This document shows positions 26,516-36,461 of a stretch of DNA of 64,000 nt, one piece after another (within the stretch, counting starts at the first letter, position 1; each line of letters starts with the position of its first letter). The DNA comes from Guillardia theta CCMP2712 (lineage: Eukaryota > Protista > Cryptophyta): assembly GCF_000315625.1 (NCBI RefSeq), contig NW_005434618.1, forward strand, positions 387,604 to 451,603. Direction: 5' to 3'. The notes beneath the pieces were generated by a model. That model worked only from the letters and a program-made list of their open reading frames with translations. It searched no databases and was not told the origin of the DNA. A program made the translations under genes and the position numbers.

Positions 26516-27634
26516 ATGGATCGGGCGGGGGATGCGGTAGGATCCGCGCTGGTTCTGGGAGCAACGGGACAGACAGGGTCAGCACTCGTGAGAGAACTCT
26601 TAGCAGGCATAGCGCACCATGCCCATGCTATGAGACAGCAACTCACGACCAAGCAGGTTCAACCCCGATAGCCACAAAGGTAGTTGCGTACGGCAACAGT
26701 CGCCTGCCAACTTACAATGGGCCAAACCAACACTTGTTCTCCGGGCTTCAGGTGGGGCTCGATCTCAGATTCTTGTCACTGGGTTTAATAGTGGAGCAGG
26801 CTCCCATGGAGGATCTCGCCGGAAGCAGAGTGAACGAGCTGATGGTGATGGACAACTTCCCTTTCTCTCGTTTGATCTCAGTGATGCAGGGGTTCGATTC
26901 GATCTTCATCCATGTCGGCACGCAGAGGAGGAAGGCAGGACTTGAAGGGCAAATAAGACTGGAATACGACAACACGCTAGCTGTATGTCAGCACACTTAA
27001 CGCAAGGACTTACACATCGAGCCTGTGGCAGATTGCCAAGGCTGTCAAGGGTTTCGGGTGTAGAAACTGTCACATTGTGACTTCAACCGGGGCAAACGCT
27101 AACTCGAGTACGCGATAATGAAGAAAGGATTCACCTGCTGATTGACTGCATTCACGGCAGGCATCATGTATCTGAAGACCAAGGGCAGGATAGAAGAATC
27201 ATTGAAGTCGTGAACTTTGTAATGGAACCTGCAATCTGAAGCGTCTTGTAGATCATTGAATTTTGATCGTCTTTGTATATATCGGCCAGCGGCTCTTTAT
27301 GGTGGGGACAGGACGTCTGGCTTCTTTCATCGGTCTTATCTTTCAACCTTGTTTGATACGTGGGTAATGTTTTGCGTTCCTACTGGCAGTTCCGTGTTGC
27401 CCTGCCTGAGCACTCTCGGTCTCGTACAGAGGATTCAAGTTGATCATGTAAAGCTTCGCTCTTCTCTCCTCCTTCAGCTTCTTCCGGTTTAACACTTGAC
27501 TGTCATTTTACAGGTTGCGCGTGCCATCCGCTTGATCGCTGGAGATCAATCCGGGTTCAGAAAGAAGGATGGAAAAGTGGAGATCTACTCTAACACAGAG
27601 CTGCATCAAATATGCAGGGCCACTTGATGATTGA
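26516..27634 (+). CDS. TIP30/HTATIP2 (Fmp52)-like NAD(P)-binding oxidoreductase; multi-exon
   Basis: ALVLGATGQTGSALVRELL, IHVGTQRRKAG, IVTSTGANANS, MYLKTKGRIEESL, CIYRPAAL. Confidence 0.82.
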
Positions 27635-28444
27635 AAAAAAATGCATCTGAAACTTGCCACGCGGCCCATGCTTCCGTGCCATCGGATCATTTTATTGTGC
27701 CCTCAGGCCCTGGTGCCGCCACGGTACGGTACGCCGCCGTAGTACCGGCGGGCGGCCCGGCGCCCTGAGCTGAGCCTCAGACTACTGGCAGGAGAGTTTC
27801 TGACTGGCACTGCGGCAAAGCTGGCATGCGATCCATCAGTCCGACGGTCACGGGTGACGGTGCCACTGTCCGGCACTGCCATCCCGGTGTAGTACACGCC
27901 CGGGGCCGGGCCGCGGGCGGCGCGCGGCCACTGCCGGCGCATGAGACGGTCACCGCCTTGAAGTTGGACGGTCTGCCACTATCCTGGCAGGGCCTCGCCG
28001 GAGAGCAGCGAGCTGTTCCGCTGGGCCGCCTCCGAGACTCTGATGGAGCGGCAGTTCCAAGTTCCAGCAGGAGCGGCTGCGCGGGACTGAGGGGGCCCGG
28101 CCGGGGGGGCGGACTCCGCCGCCGGGAGGCGCCGGGAGACGGGCACGGAGGGGGAGGAGGGGGGGAGGGGGAGCTGAGACCGTCCGGCGGCCGCGCGCCG
28201 GGGTGAGCGAGGTGAGCTACGCTGGACTCCGACTACTTCCCCGGCGGCAAGACTGGCGGCGGCTTCTTCAAGTACGACGAGGGCGGCGTGGGGGAAGGAG
28301 GAGGAGGAGAAGGAGGAGGAGGAGGAGGAGGAGCAGCGGCAGTGGAAGGCCGGGAGCGACTCAGCCTGGGCATGCGGAGCCGGGCCTGTGACTCACTGTC
28401 AGGCTCCGAGGCTCGCCGGTCACCAGGGCCCGGGACGGCGGAGG

Positions 28445-28479
28445 AGCGCTGCAGCGATGGGTTTTGAGGGGCGGGGAGC
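28445..28479. repeat. 35-bp direct repeat, left copy
   Basis: AGCGCTGCAGCGATGGGTTTTGAGGGGCGGGGAGC, identical to 33416-33450. Confidence 0.97.
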
Positions 28480-28711
28480 ATGCCGTTTACTTTCAGGCCT
28501 TTCGTTAATTTGGCACTTAAATTTTTCGGTAGAGTCTTTTTTTTTAATAGGCGTGCTATTTTGAGAAACGAGCCAGAAACCCCGCTTAATAGTACCCATA
28601 CGTTTTAGTTTATTTCTACACTCCTCTTTAAAAGTTATTTTAACAGTGTACCGGCATATACACTTTCACAGTACCACTCTAGTTGCAATCCTCCTTGCCT
28701 GGACGGGCAAA

Positions 28712-29869
28712 ATGGCGGCGCAATCAGGGCGGCCACCGTCGTCAAGGGCTGCCTCATCGCTCGGCATTGCCAAAAGGAGGAGATTGGAGCAAAGGGAACA
28801 AGTTGATCCTCTTCATGATTTGCAGGAGATACATCCAAGAATTCCAGGCAATCTTGCAACACCGTTGTTCCTTGCAGCAAATGCCTTCGATCATTCTGTG
28901 CACTATGAATTACAACACCACGTTAAAGGTTTAGACATGACATTCAATCTGGTACCATGTCTTGGTGTGAGGTTTACGGATGTCAATGGGAAATTTCGAA
29001 CTGGAATCATCCGAAAAGTTTCAGAAAAATCTGTCAGTGTGTTCATCTTGTATACCAAACAAACAATGGAAGAGGTTAGACAGAATGTACAATTCAATTC
29101 AACGTCGAACAGAATGATCAACTCATTATTACCCTTCCAGTGTTTTCAGAGTGTGTATACTGATGAAGTTCCTGTTGACGATATCTGTGGAGTTTTTCAA
29201 ATCAACTTCGAGCAATTCTCTGGAAGGGGGACATTGTCACATATGCAGACCTCTGACAGTCTCCCTTGCATGTTGTGTGTTGGATACTTATATTTCTATG
29301 CCAATCCCAAGAATCGAAAGGAAGAATGTCAGGTTCTTTATTTCAAGAAGCTGGATGTGTCATTGGACATGTTGCGCTACTATTTTTTGAACATCAGAAA
29401 ACAAACTGATTTCTTCCGTCTCAACATCGATCTGCAGAAGATTCGGACTACTATGGTTAACTGGTTTATCAAACGTGGGAAGCCCTTCTTGAAACCCCGG
29501 ATGAAACGTGTCGAATTTGATGTGGATCTAGACGAAATCACATCATTCCTGCTTCTTTTCAAACACCTGCAACCGGACGACTGCAACGAAAACATCTGTT
29601 GTACAGGGTTGAATGGGAAAGGTCAGTGCAGTTGGACCATCAGTACATCACTCTTACAGAACCCTGTCATTAACAGAGAATTTCCTGTGCCTTTCAAAAA
29701 TGAACCCTACATGTTAGAACCTGGATCAGGTTCGTTGTATTTCGAGGGCCCACTGACAGTCACCTTGAAACGAAATCAGAGGACACAATACACGTGCATC
29801 TCTTTCAAGTTCGAAAGAATGGTACGATTGTGCATGTTTCACACAGAGATTTGGAAGCATCCAGATTAA
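28712..29869 (+). CDS. 385-aa intronless element-borne protein with NLS-like KRRR and a BAH-like domain
   Basis: First ATG 28712; GIIRKVSEKSVSVFILYT...QCFQSVYTDEVPVDDICGVFQI resembles the BAH C-terminal consensus ELFxSxxxDxxPxxxIxGKCxV (by eye). Confidence 0.7.
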   Translation: MAAQSGRPPSSRAASSLGIAKRRRLEQREQVDPLHDLQEIHPRIPGNLATPLFLAANAFDHSVHYELQHHVKGLDMTFNLVPCLGVRFTDVNGKFRTGIIRKVSEKSVSVFILYTKQTMEEVRQNVQFNSTSNRMINSLLPFQCFQSVYTDEVPVDDICGVFQINFEQFSGRGTLSHMQTSDSLPCMLCVGYLYFYANPKNRKEECQVLYFKKLDVSLDMLRYYFLNIRKQTDFFRLNIDLQKIRTTMVNWFIKRGKPFLKPRMKRVEFDVDLDEITSFLLLFKHLQPDDCNENICCTGLNGKGQCSWTISTSLLQNPVINREFPVPFKNEPYMLEPGSGSLYFEGPLTVTLKRNQRTQYTCISFKFERMVRLCMFHTEIWKHPD

Positions 29870-29888
29870 ACGCGAGTTTACTCAGACA

Positions 29889-32800
29889 TTAATTTACACA
29901 AGGATAACTTTGAAGGAGCAGCCACAATAAAGTGAAGTGTGCTCGAACCGAATTGTTGAATTTCTTCTTGTCTGCATTGCGTGAAGGTCCATGACTACCG
30001 CATGGACAGTGCATATCCCACACATGGTCAAGTTGCCCGTTAGATGCTGCAGCAGCTTTCTTCTTCTCCGATCCAATGTAGCTGTTCCCGATCATGGCAG
30101 CAGCTCGATATGCATCTCTTCCCTGAAGTTGATGTCGGTGCTCGATGCACGACATGTTCAATAGTCCCAGCTGAATGCCATATTTCTCGTAGAAATGTAC
30201 AAACTGATCGCCCACATGCCCTGACATCATGCTGTGCAGATAGAAGGACTGCAGAAGTCTCGCTTGTCCGATTAATCTGACTAACTTGAAAGCAAACCCC
30301 CTAATCTTGAAAGGAAGTGCTTTGACGTCTTCCTTACTGATATTTGCATGATGCTGAGTTTGCAGAATGTACAAAATACTCTTCAATTCCAAAATGGCCT
30401 CCTGCCAAAGAAGCTGTTTGTCTCTATCAGGCACCAGCAGTTGAATGATGTCAGGTAACACATCAAGTAACTCATCACACTGTTTACCATTCAACTGCCT
30501 GCTGAATTCCTGCAGTCTGTTTTCACTCAAGTGAATGTGAACATTCTTCACCAAGAAAAGTTGGTTGACCCTTGTCAGCTTGGCCTTGTTGTCAGCTAGT
30601 GAATGAATGAACTTGATGATCGTATTTGAAATTCTGAGTTTCAGATGCAAAGAACAATAAACAAATTCCAAAGCAGACATGTTCAATTCCCGTAGCTGGT
30701 CGTATTCCCGATTGATTGGAATGTAACGCTGGCAAGCAATTTTCGTACCTGCTGGAATTGGACTTTGAGGATTTGCCTGACAAAACCGTATCGCATTCTG
30801 ATTAGCTTCTGAACGCATAATTGCAAAGTCCTGCATGTTGGTTGTATCGAACAATTCTGGGCAGCCCCTGCTATTCGGAGCGTTAACTAAAGAGTTTAGC
30901 TGTTGCATATCCCTGGGGTACAATTGAAACAAATCGCACAAACCTGCCCAGGTAATTTGCTGCTCAGTACCAACTGTGTAACATGTAAAAAATTTTGCCT
31001 GTTGTTTAGTTTGGAGCTGTTCGTTGCAATGAATGCAGAATCGTCCGGTCTGATCGCTTCTCCCTCCTTCACGCAAATATGCCCAGTGCCCAGCAAGATC
31101 AGCTCGAAAAAGAAATTCGATATCAATTCGACTAGATGGAGTCTTGCCTTGATCAGTCAGTTGACTGCCCCGAAGAGCCTTTCCATTGTGAATATGAATT
31201 CCTTGATTCAACAGGAATTGTATCTCTCTCATGTAATACTGCCAAAAATTGTTTTGCAGATTCGTGCTGTTGTCTTTGTCTGGAATAATCATGAGAGTAA
31301 CCAGGCTGAGGGAGTTACGCATTCGTGTCTCATGTCTCTGTTGCCATTCCACTGAATTATTCTGTGTGTGATAGGGCAGAATACTCAAAGTTATCTCGGT
31401 GTGCTTTTTGTCACTGCTTGAACTCTTTGTAAGCTTTGTACAATCACTATTGATAGTCACTATCAATCGCTCTTCTCCATGTAAGCCCAGCATGTCGATT
31501 ATTTTTTCAACTGACCTCACAAGGCTTGCTCCATGCGCTCCATCAACAGTACAAAAAACCTCCAAGTCGGAGCGTAATCCTTTAGACATCAACACCCTTT
31601 GACGGCAAAGTTTTGATACTGGTGGAGCCATTCCTCTACTACGTTTGCAGATTGTCCATATCTTCTTCCAGGTTCGTGTTGAAATTCTGGCTCTGGATAA
31701 TCCAGTTGCGCCCTCCAACACGTTGGGCAAGAATGGTTTAGTGATGTATCTCAATTGATTGCGCAAATGAACATCACTCTCCAATGCATGACTGAGAAAT
31801 TCTTTGATTCGCGGATGCTTCATTGTCCCTATGATATATTGTCGCAACTGACTCTCTGGACGTGCCGACCTTGGTTTTCGACCCCGTCGAGGAGCAATGT
31901 CAATGTTGTGATCATGAGAGACTGGCAGGCTCTGATGGAAATGTTCTGAACAGATGCTGTCGCCACGGTGGCCCGAGCTCGTCGCATGCTCACAAGCGCC
32001 GTCGCCATCATGATGACTCGAGCTCGCCGCATGCTCACAAGCGCCGTCGCCATCATGATGACTCGAGCTCGCCGCATGCTCACAAACGCCGTCGCCATCA
32101 TGATGACTCGAGCTCGCCGCATGCTCACAAACGCCGTCGCCATCATGATGACTCGATATCGCCGCATGCTCACAAGCGCCGTCGCCAGCATGATGACTCG
32201 AGCTCGCCGCATGCTCACAAACGCTGTCACCATCTGCGACTGTCGGAAACTCCACATCGAAATTGCCTGGCATCATTGATTCATCGAAATCATGATCAAA
32301 ATCTCCATCGGATAATTCTGAATCATCGCTATCATCAATTGGCATTTCCGACCCCACGAAATCATCGTCCAGATTTGAATTTTGATCACATACAGCCTCT
32401 TCTGAAGCATCTTGACTGTCTTCTCTTCCGCATGCATCTTGCCTTTTCTCCTCAGGAAAGAAGTACAGCAAATATTCGAATTTCACGGCACGGCATTGTC
32501 TTACTATTCCGAAACATCGGCCAATGCCTGAGAAAAATGCTTCCGCGATAGGTTCAAGCTCAGCGAGAATCCTATCCAACACCTTCTTCTGAATGTCCGC
32601 CTGTTTGATCCCACGGAAAGTGGATGGATTATTTGGTAATGCTTGTGGATTGCAGTTTTCCCTCTCGCTTGCACAAAATTCATTCCAAATTTCACGAAAT
32701 GACCTGACATGATCACGACCAGGTTTCTTCTTGAATTTATGTCCAAACGAATTCAAATACTTGCAAACATCACCTTGTCCTTTGTTTGGCCCACTTTCGC

Positions 32801-33008
32801 GAACAAAACCTTCACTCAAAGCAATCGACTCAAGAACACGCAAGGCATCATCATAGATGCGAATGCGAGAGAAAGTCCTTCCCGAGCCATTGCTCTCATC
32901 ACTGTTTCGTGTTGCTTGAGGAAACAATTGCACGGGTGGTATCGATGCTTGATGATCTCCAGTTTGAGTCTGTTGTCTGGTATTCGATAATATGTCACAA
33001 TAACTCAT
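29889..33008 (-). CDS. RAG1/Transib-like DDE transposase/recombinase, intact and intronless (1039 aa from ATG 33008)
   Basis: Numbering from the 1050-aa track ORF: D533 (IVTINSD), NS 576-577, D648 (FLFRADL), C669xxC672, LH799, LNG 850-852, YLH936-x5-H942, E967; same order as mouse RAG1 D600, D708, C727/C730, H795, H937/H942, E962. Confidence 0.82.
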   Translation of the reverse strand: MSYCDILSNTRQQTQTGDHQASIPPVQLFPQATRNSDESNGSGRTFSRIRIYDDALRVLESIALSEGFVRESGPNKGQGDVCKYLNSFGHKFKKKPGRDHVRSFREIWNEFCASERENCNPQALPNNPSTFRGIKQADIQKKVLDRILAELEPIAEAFFSGIGRCFGIVRQCRAVKFEYLLYFFPEEKRQDACGREDSQDASEEAVCDQNSNLDDDFVGSEMPIDDSDDSELSDGDFDHDFDESMMPGNFDVEFPTVADGDSVCEHAASSSHHAGDGACEHAAISSHHDGDGVCEHAASSSHHDGDGVCEHAASSSHHDGDGACEHAASSSHHDGDGACEHATSSGHRGDSICSEHFHQSLPVSHDHNIDIAPRRGRKPRSARPESQLRQYIIGTMKHPRIKEFLSHALESDVHLRNQLRYITKPFLPNVLEGATGLSRARISTRTWKKIWTICKRSRGMAPPVSKLCRQRVLMSKGLRSDLEVFCTVDGAHGASLVRSVEKIIDMLGLHGEERLIVTINSDCTKLTKSSSSDKKHTEITLSILPYHTQNNSVEWQQRHETRMRNSLSLVTLMIIPDKDNSTNLQNNFWQYYMREIQFLLNQGIHIHNGKALRGSQLTDQGKTPSSRIDIEFLFRADLAGHWAYLREGGRSDQTGRFCIHCNEQLQTKQQAKFFTCYTVGTEQQITWAGLCDLFQLYPRDMQQLNSLVNAPNSRGCPELFDTTNMQDFAIMRSEANQNAIRFCQANPQSPIPAGTKIACQRYIPINREYDQLRELNMSALEFVYCSLHLKLRISNTIIKFIHSLADNKAKLTRVNQLFLVKNVHIHLSENRLQEFSRQLNGKQCDELLDVLPDIIQLLVPDRDKQLLWQEAILELKSILYILQTQHHANISKEDVKALPFKIRGFAFKLVRLIGQARLLQSFYLHSMMSGHVGDQFVHFYEKYGIQLGLLNMSCIEHRHQLQGRDAYRAAAMIGNSYIGSEKKKAAAASNGQLDHVWDMHCPCGSHGPSRNADKKKFNNSVRAHFTLLWLLLQSYPCVN
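31941..32234 (-). repeat. 45-bp coding tandem repeat (DGDGxCEHAASSSHH) x~6.5 inside the transposase
   Basis: Directly visible in DNA and protein. Confidence 0.92.
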
Positions 33009-33415
33009 TTCTTGCTCTAAACTTTCAAATTTTGTGTACAAGTATTCATATCAGCGCGTGCGTGGAGGGGCCGCCGCGATTCCTCTGTGGATTCAAATAT
33101 CCTCTGTGAGGAGATAAGGAGGGGGTAGGGTGGTTGGGGGGGGAACTTCTGTACCATGCAACCTCTCTTTTGTACCAATATGTTTTCATACAGTACAATC
33201 TATACTACCATGTATGTGATGGGTAAAACTAAAATTGCAGTACCTCTAAAACCAAGGCGGGGTAAGGGTTCCACGCCAGGGGAATTCAAATCACCCCACC
33301 CCGCTTTCGCCCAGTCTCTCTACCCCCCTTTGATTGGTGAAAACAGGGGGTAGTCAGCAGGGAGTGTATATACGGACCCCATGTGAACCCCAATAAAAGT
33401 AGAAAAAAAAAGACC

Positions 33416-33450
33416 AGCGCTGCAGCGATGGGTTTTGAGGGGCGGGGAGC
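33416..33450. repeat. 35-bp direct repeat, right copy
   Basis: Identical to 28445-28479. Confidence 0.97.
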
Positions 33451-34090
33451 CTCGGAGGAGGCGCAGGTCCTGATCGACGGGCGCCTGATGGCCTGAGTCA
33501 GTGCTGGGCTGTCGCATCACCGGCCGGCCCGCTGTCCCTGACCGTCGTACTACTGCGGCGCGGCGGCTGCCCGCGGGGGCCAGCCGGCGTCCTGCACAGC
33601 GGCACCCGGCGAACGGGAGTCTTACCACTTCGGCAACCTGCCGGACCTCGGGCGCTTCCTCGTGCAGAGCCTGACGCAGCGCGACTTCTGATCCGAGGGG
33701 TCCGGCCGCGGCCGGGCGTGACGCCGGCGGGCCGCGGGCCCACAGGGTGCAACCGCTCCGATTGATAACCGTAAATAACGGTAACGGAACCATTTATTAA
33801 AATTTATTGAAAGGTACCAGTGTTTCAATAAGTTATTTTAAAGCAGTAGAGAAATAAAATACCTAAAAAATATGGTAGAACTACTTTGAATTCCATTGGT
33901 CAATTTGGTAGGTGGGGTCCATGAAGAACGGGGTGATCATTGAGAAGTCACCGGATGTACGAATATTTACTAATGATACAATAGAGAAAACAAGTGCCAT
34001 TTGACATTATTGATAAACTATATGTTCTTACTGGGGGTAGGGGTGAATAGAAGAGGGGTGGACTCCCAGGGGTCCTGGAGGAGGGGCGCC

Positions 34091-36385
34091 ATGAGGCTTG
34101 CGGTGACGGAGGGAGGGAGGAGGATGGGGGAAGCAGGAACAGGATGTGGGTGGGTAGGAAGCGAGCTTTTCGTTTGTTGTGATGATAAAGCTGTTCACAA
34201 GCTCAATGCTGAAGGAGACGAACCTGGAGTCGTCGCGCAGCTCGACGCCTATCCAACGGACATGCACTGGTTTCCGTCTGGCAACAAGAAGCAGCAGAGC
34301 GACACGGTTGCAATCTCATGCTCGGATGGTACCTACCTTCTTGTCCTGAGGAATGGTAGAATCGAAAAGAAGATCGATGCCCACAAAGGAGCGGTGATCT
34401 GCATTCGGTGGAATCATGAAGGCACGGCGATAGCCACTGGAGGAGAGGATGGGATTGTGAAGATCTGGTCACGCTCCGGCATGCTGAGATCGACTCTAGC
34501 TCAAACTGATGTCTCAGTGTACTCTTTGTCCTGGTCTCCCGACTCCAACTCCATCTGCTTCTCTTCCTCAAAAGATCTTATCATCAAGCCGCTCCAGCCA
34601 CAAGCCAAGCAAGTGACGTGGAAGGCGCACGATCAAACAGTCCTCAAGGTCGACTGGAACTCTGTCAATGGATTCTTAGTTTCTGGAGGCGAAGACAGGA
34701 AATACAAAGTTTGGGACAACTTTGGTCGTCTTTTGTTTGCTAGCAAGCCGATGGAGTTCGCCATCACTTCAGTCTCATGGTCCCCCAACGGAGAGCTGTT
34801 TGCCGTTGGGCTGTATAACTGCGTCCGTCTCTGTGACAAGACGGGTTGGTCACATTCCAGAGAGCGAACTGATACTGGAAGCATTATGTCCGTCGCATGG
34901 ACATCGGATGGCGCGCAACTAGCAGGAGTGGGAGCCAATGGAAACATCATCTTTGGGCAGGTTCTGGACAGAAAGGTTGAATGGGTGAACATTGAAGTGA
35001 CGCTCAAGGGAACGCACAAGGTGTTAGTGCATGACATTCTGAGTGAGATGGAAGAAGATCTTGACTTTCGTGACCGCGTCATCGGAATGGCTGTAGGCTT
35101 CGGTTACCTGGTAGTTACCACGACGCTACAATGTTACATTTACCTGCTTCAAAACCTGAACACGCCTCACATCTTCGATCTGAAAGAGACCGTGAACTAC
35201 ATTCAGCTCGGAGAGAAGCACATGGCGATGGTGGACGTCAATGGCATTCAGGTTTTCAACTACGAGGGGAGGATGGTGAGCGCGCCCAAGTTTCAGGGTA
35301 TGAGGTCGGAGGTGTTCAACTCCCAGACAGTGAGCATGAGCTCGGACATCATCGCCATCATCGACCACAGTGACACCAAACTCATCCGCTTCTTCGACCT
35401 TGCGACTGGGAAAGAGGCCGGAAAACCTCTGCAGCACGTCCTGGACGTTACCTGTGTGCAGATGAACCGCTGGGGGACCTCGGCTCAGCGCAAGTGCGTC
35501 TTCCAAGACCGAAATCGAGATCTGTATATCATTCCTGTCGGTTCAACTGCAGCGGGCACAAAGGACGTCGTGCCTTTCAAGCTTGGTACCATGTGCGATT
35601 CTGTAATGTGGAGCTCAGAAACCGACATGCTTGCTGGTATCATGGATTCGAAGCTTGTAGTGTGGTACTATCCAAATGCCGTATTCATCGATAGAGACCT
35701 GATCTCAAAGACCAAGAATATTCAGAATGATCCTGAGTACGGCAAAGATCCACAGATCCAGCAGTTTCACGGAACACAGGTCGTGGTTCGAAGAAGCGAC
35801 GGGACGCAGCTGAGCACGAGCGTCTCACCGTATCCCATCACCTTATACGGCATTGTGCAGAGGAACATGTGGGAACATGCGATCCACTTCTGCCGGTATG
35901 TGAAGGACAGCACTCTGTGGGCATGTCTTGCTGTGATGGCGCTGGCGGACAAGGAACTCAGCACAGCCGAGGTAGCCTTCGCAGCCATCGACGAGGTCGC
36001 AAAACTCGAGTTTGTGCTCGCAATCAAAGACATCCCAACCGTTGAAGGCCGAAATGCAGAGCTGGCTCTGTGGAGACGTCGGCCGGATGAAGCAGAGGCG
36101 ATACTGATTCAGGCTGGTCTCACGTATCGGGCGATCAATCTCAACATGAGGCTCTTCCGCTGGGAGCGAGCGCTGGAACTTGCCGTCAACCACAAGACTC
36201 ACGTCGACACCGTCTTGGCAATGCGCGAGCGATACTTGAAGGGGATGGGAAGAGAAGAGAAGGACTCGAGGTTTCTCCAGTACAAGGAGGGTGTCGTGAT
36301 CGACTGGGAGAAGATCAAAGCTAAGGTGGCGAAGGAAGCTGAGCTGGAAGCTGCTCGGCCAAATGCTCGCCCATATCAAGAATAG
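34091..36385 (+). CDS. IFT80: Intraflagellar transport protein 80 (WD40), intronless
   Basis: AHKGAVICIRWNHEGTAIATGGEDGIVKIWSRSGMLRSTL; C-terminal RWERALELAVNHKTHVDTVL...IDWEKIKAK. Confidence 0.95.
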   Translation: MRLAVTEGGRRMGEAGTGCGWVGSELFVCCDDKAVHKLNAEGDEPGVVAQLDAYPTDMHWFPSGNKKQQSDTVAISCSDGTYLLVLRNGRIEKKIDAHKGAVICIRWNHEGTAIATGGEDGIVKIWSRSGMLRSTLAQTDVSVYSLSWSPDSNSICFSSSKDLIIKPLQPQAKQVTWKAHDQTVLKVDWNSVNGFLVSGGEDRKYKVWDNFGRLLFASKPMEFAITSVSWSPNGELFAVGLYNCVRLCDKTGWSHSRERTDTGSIMSVAWTSDGAQLAGVGANGNIIFGQVLDRKVEWVNIEVTLKGTHKVLVHDILSEMEEDLDFRDRVIGMAVGFGYLVVTTTLQCYIYLLQNLNTPHIFDLKETVNYIQLGEKHMAMVDVNGIQVFNYEGRMVSAPKFQGMRSEVFNSQTVSMSSDIIAIIDHSDTKLIRFFDLATGKEAGKPLQHVLDVTCVQMNRWGTSAQRKCVFQDRNRDLYIIPVGSTAAGTKDVVPFKLGTMCDSVMWSSETDMLAGIMDSKLVVWYYPNAVFIDRDLISKTKNIQNDPEYGKDPQIQQFHGTQVVVRRSDGTQLSTSVSPYPITLYGIVQRNMWEHAIHFCRYVKDSTLWACLAVMALADKELSTAEVAFAAIDEVAKLEFVLAIKDIPTVEGRNAELALWRRRPDEAEAILIQAGLTYRAINLNMRLFRWERALELAVNHKTHVDTVLAMRERYLKGMGREEKDSRFLQYKEGVVIDWEKIKAKVAKEAELEAARPNARPYQE

Positions 36386-36461
36386 CAGGAGCTCAGAATG
36401 TTGATAGAGAGACCATGCGCAGCAGACGCGGATAATACGATGACATGTGAAACATCTTAAA

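Larger units (their letters stand above)
28480..33415. mobile_element. Two-gene RAG1/Transib-like DNA transposon-like insertion flanked by a 35-bp direct repeat
   Basis: Abrupt shift from very GC-rich flanks to AT-richer interior exactly at the repeats; two intronless convergent ORFs, one with DDE/Zn motifs of the RAG1/Transib fold. Confidence 0.85.

Noticed and set aside
28712-29869. Calling the partner ORF RAG2-like
   Set aside because: No Gly-Gly kelch repeats and no PHD Cys/His pattern
29980-30015. C-terminal HCPCGSH as the ProtoRAG CTT zinc motif
   Set aside because: Does not match the C-x2-C-x3-GH-x4-C spacing
28480-33415. Terminal inverted repeats or RSS heptamer/nonamer at the element ends
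   Set aside because: Only weak patches (GTCTTTTTTTTT; ACCCCGC...TTTTAGTTT) at unequal distances from the ends; no CACAGTG termini
33392-33415. Poly(A)-like end plus long duplication as evidence for a non-LTR retrotransposon
   Set aside because: No reverse transcriptase or endonuclease motifs, and the A-run lies at the 5' side of the large ORF
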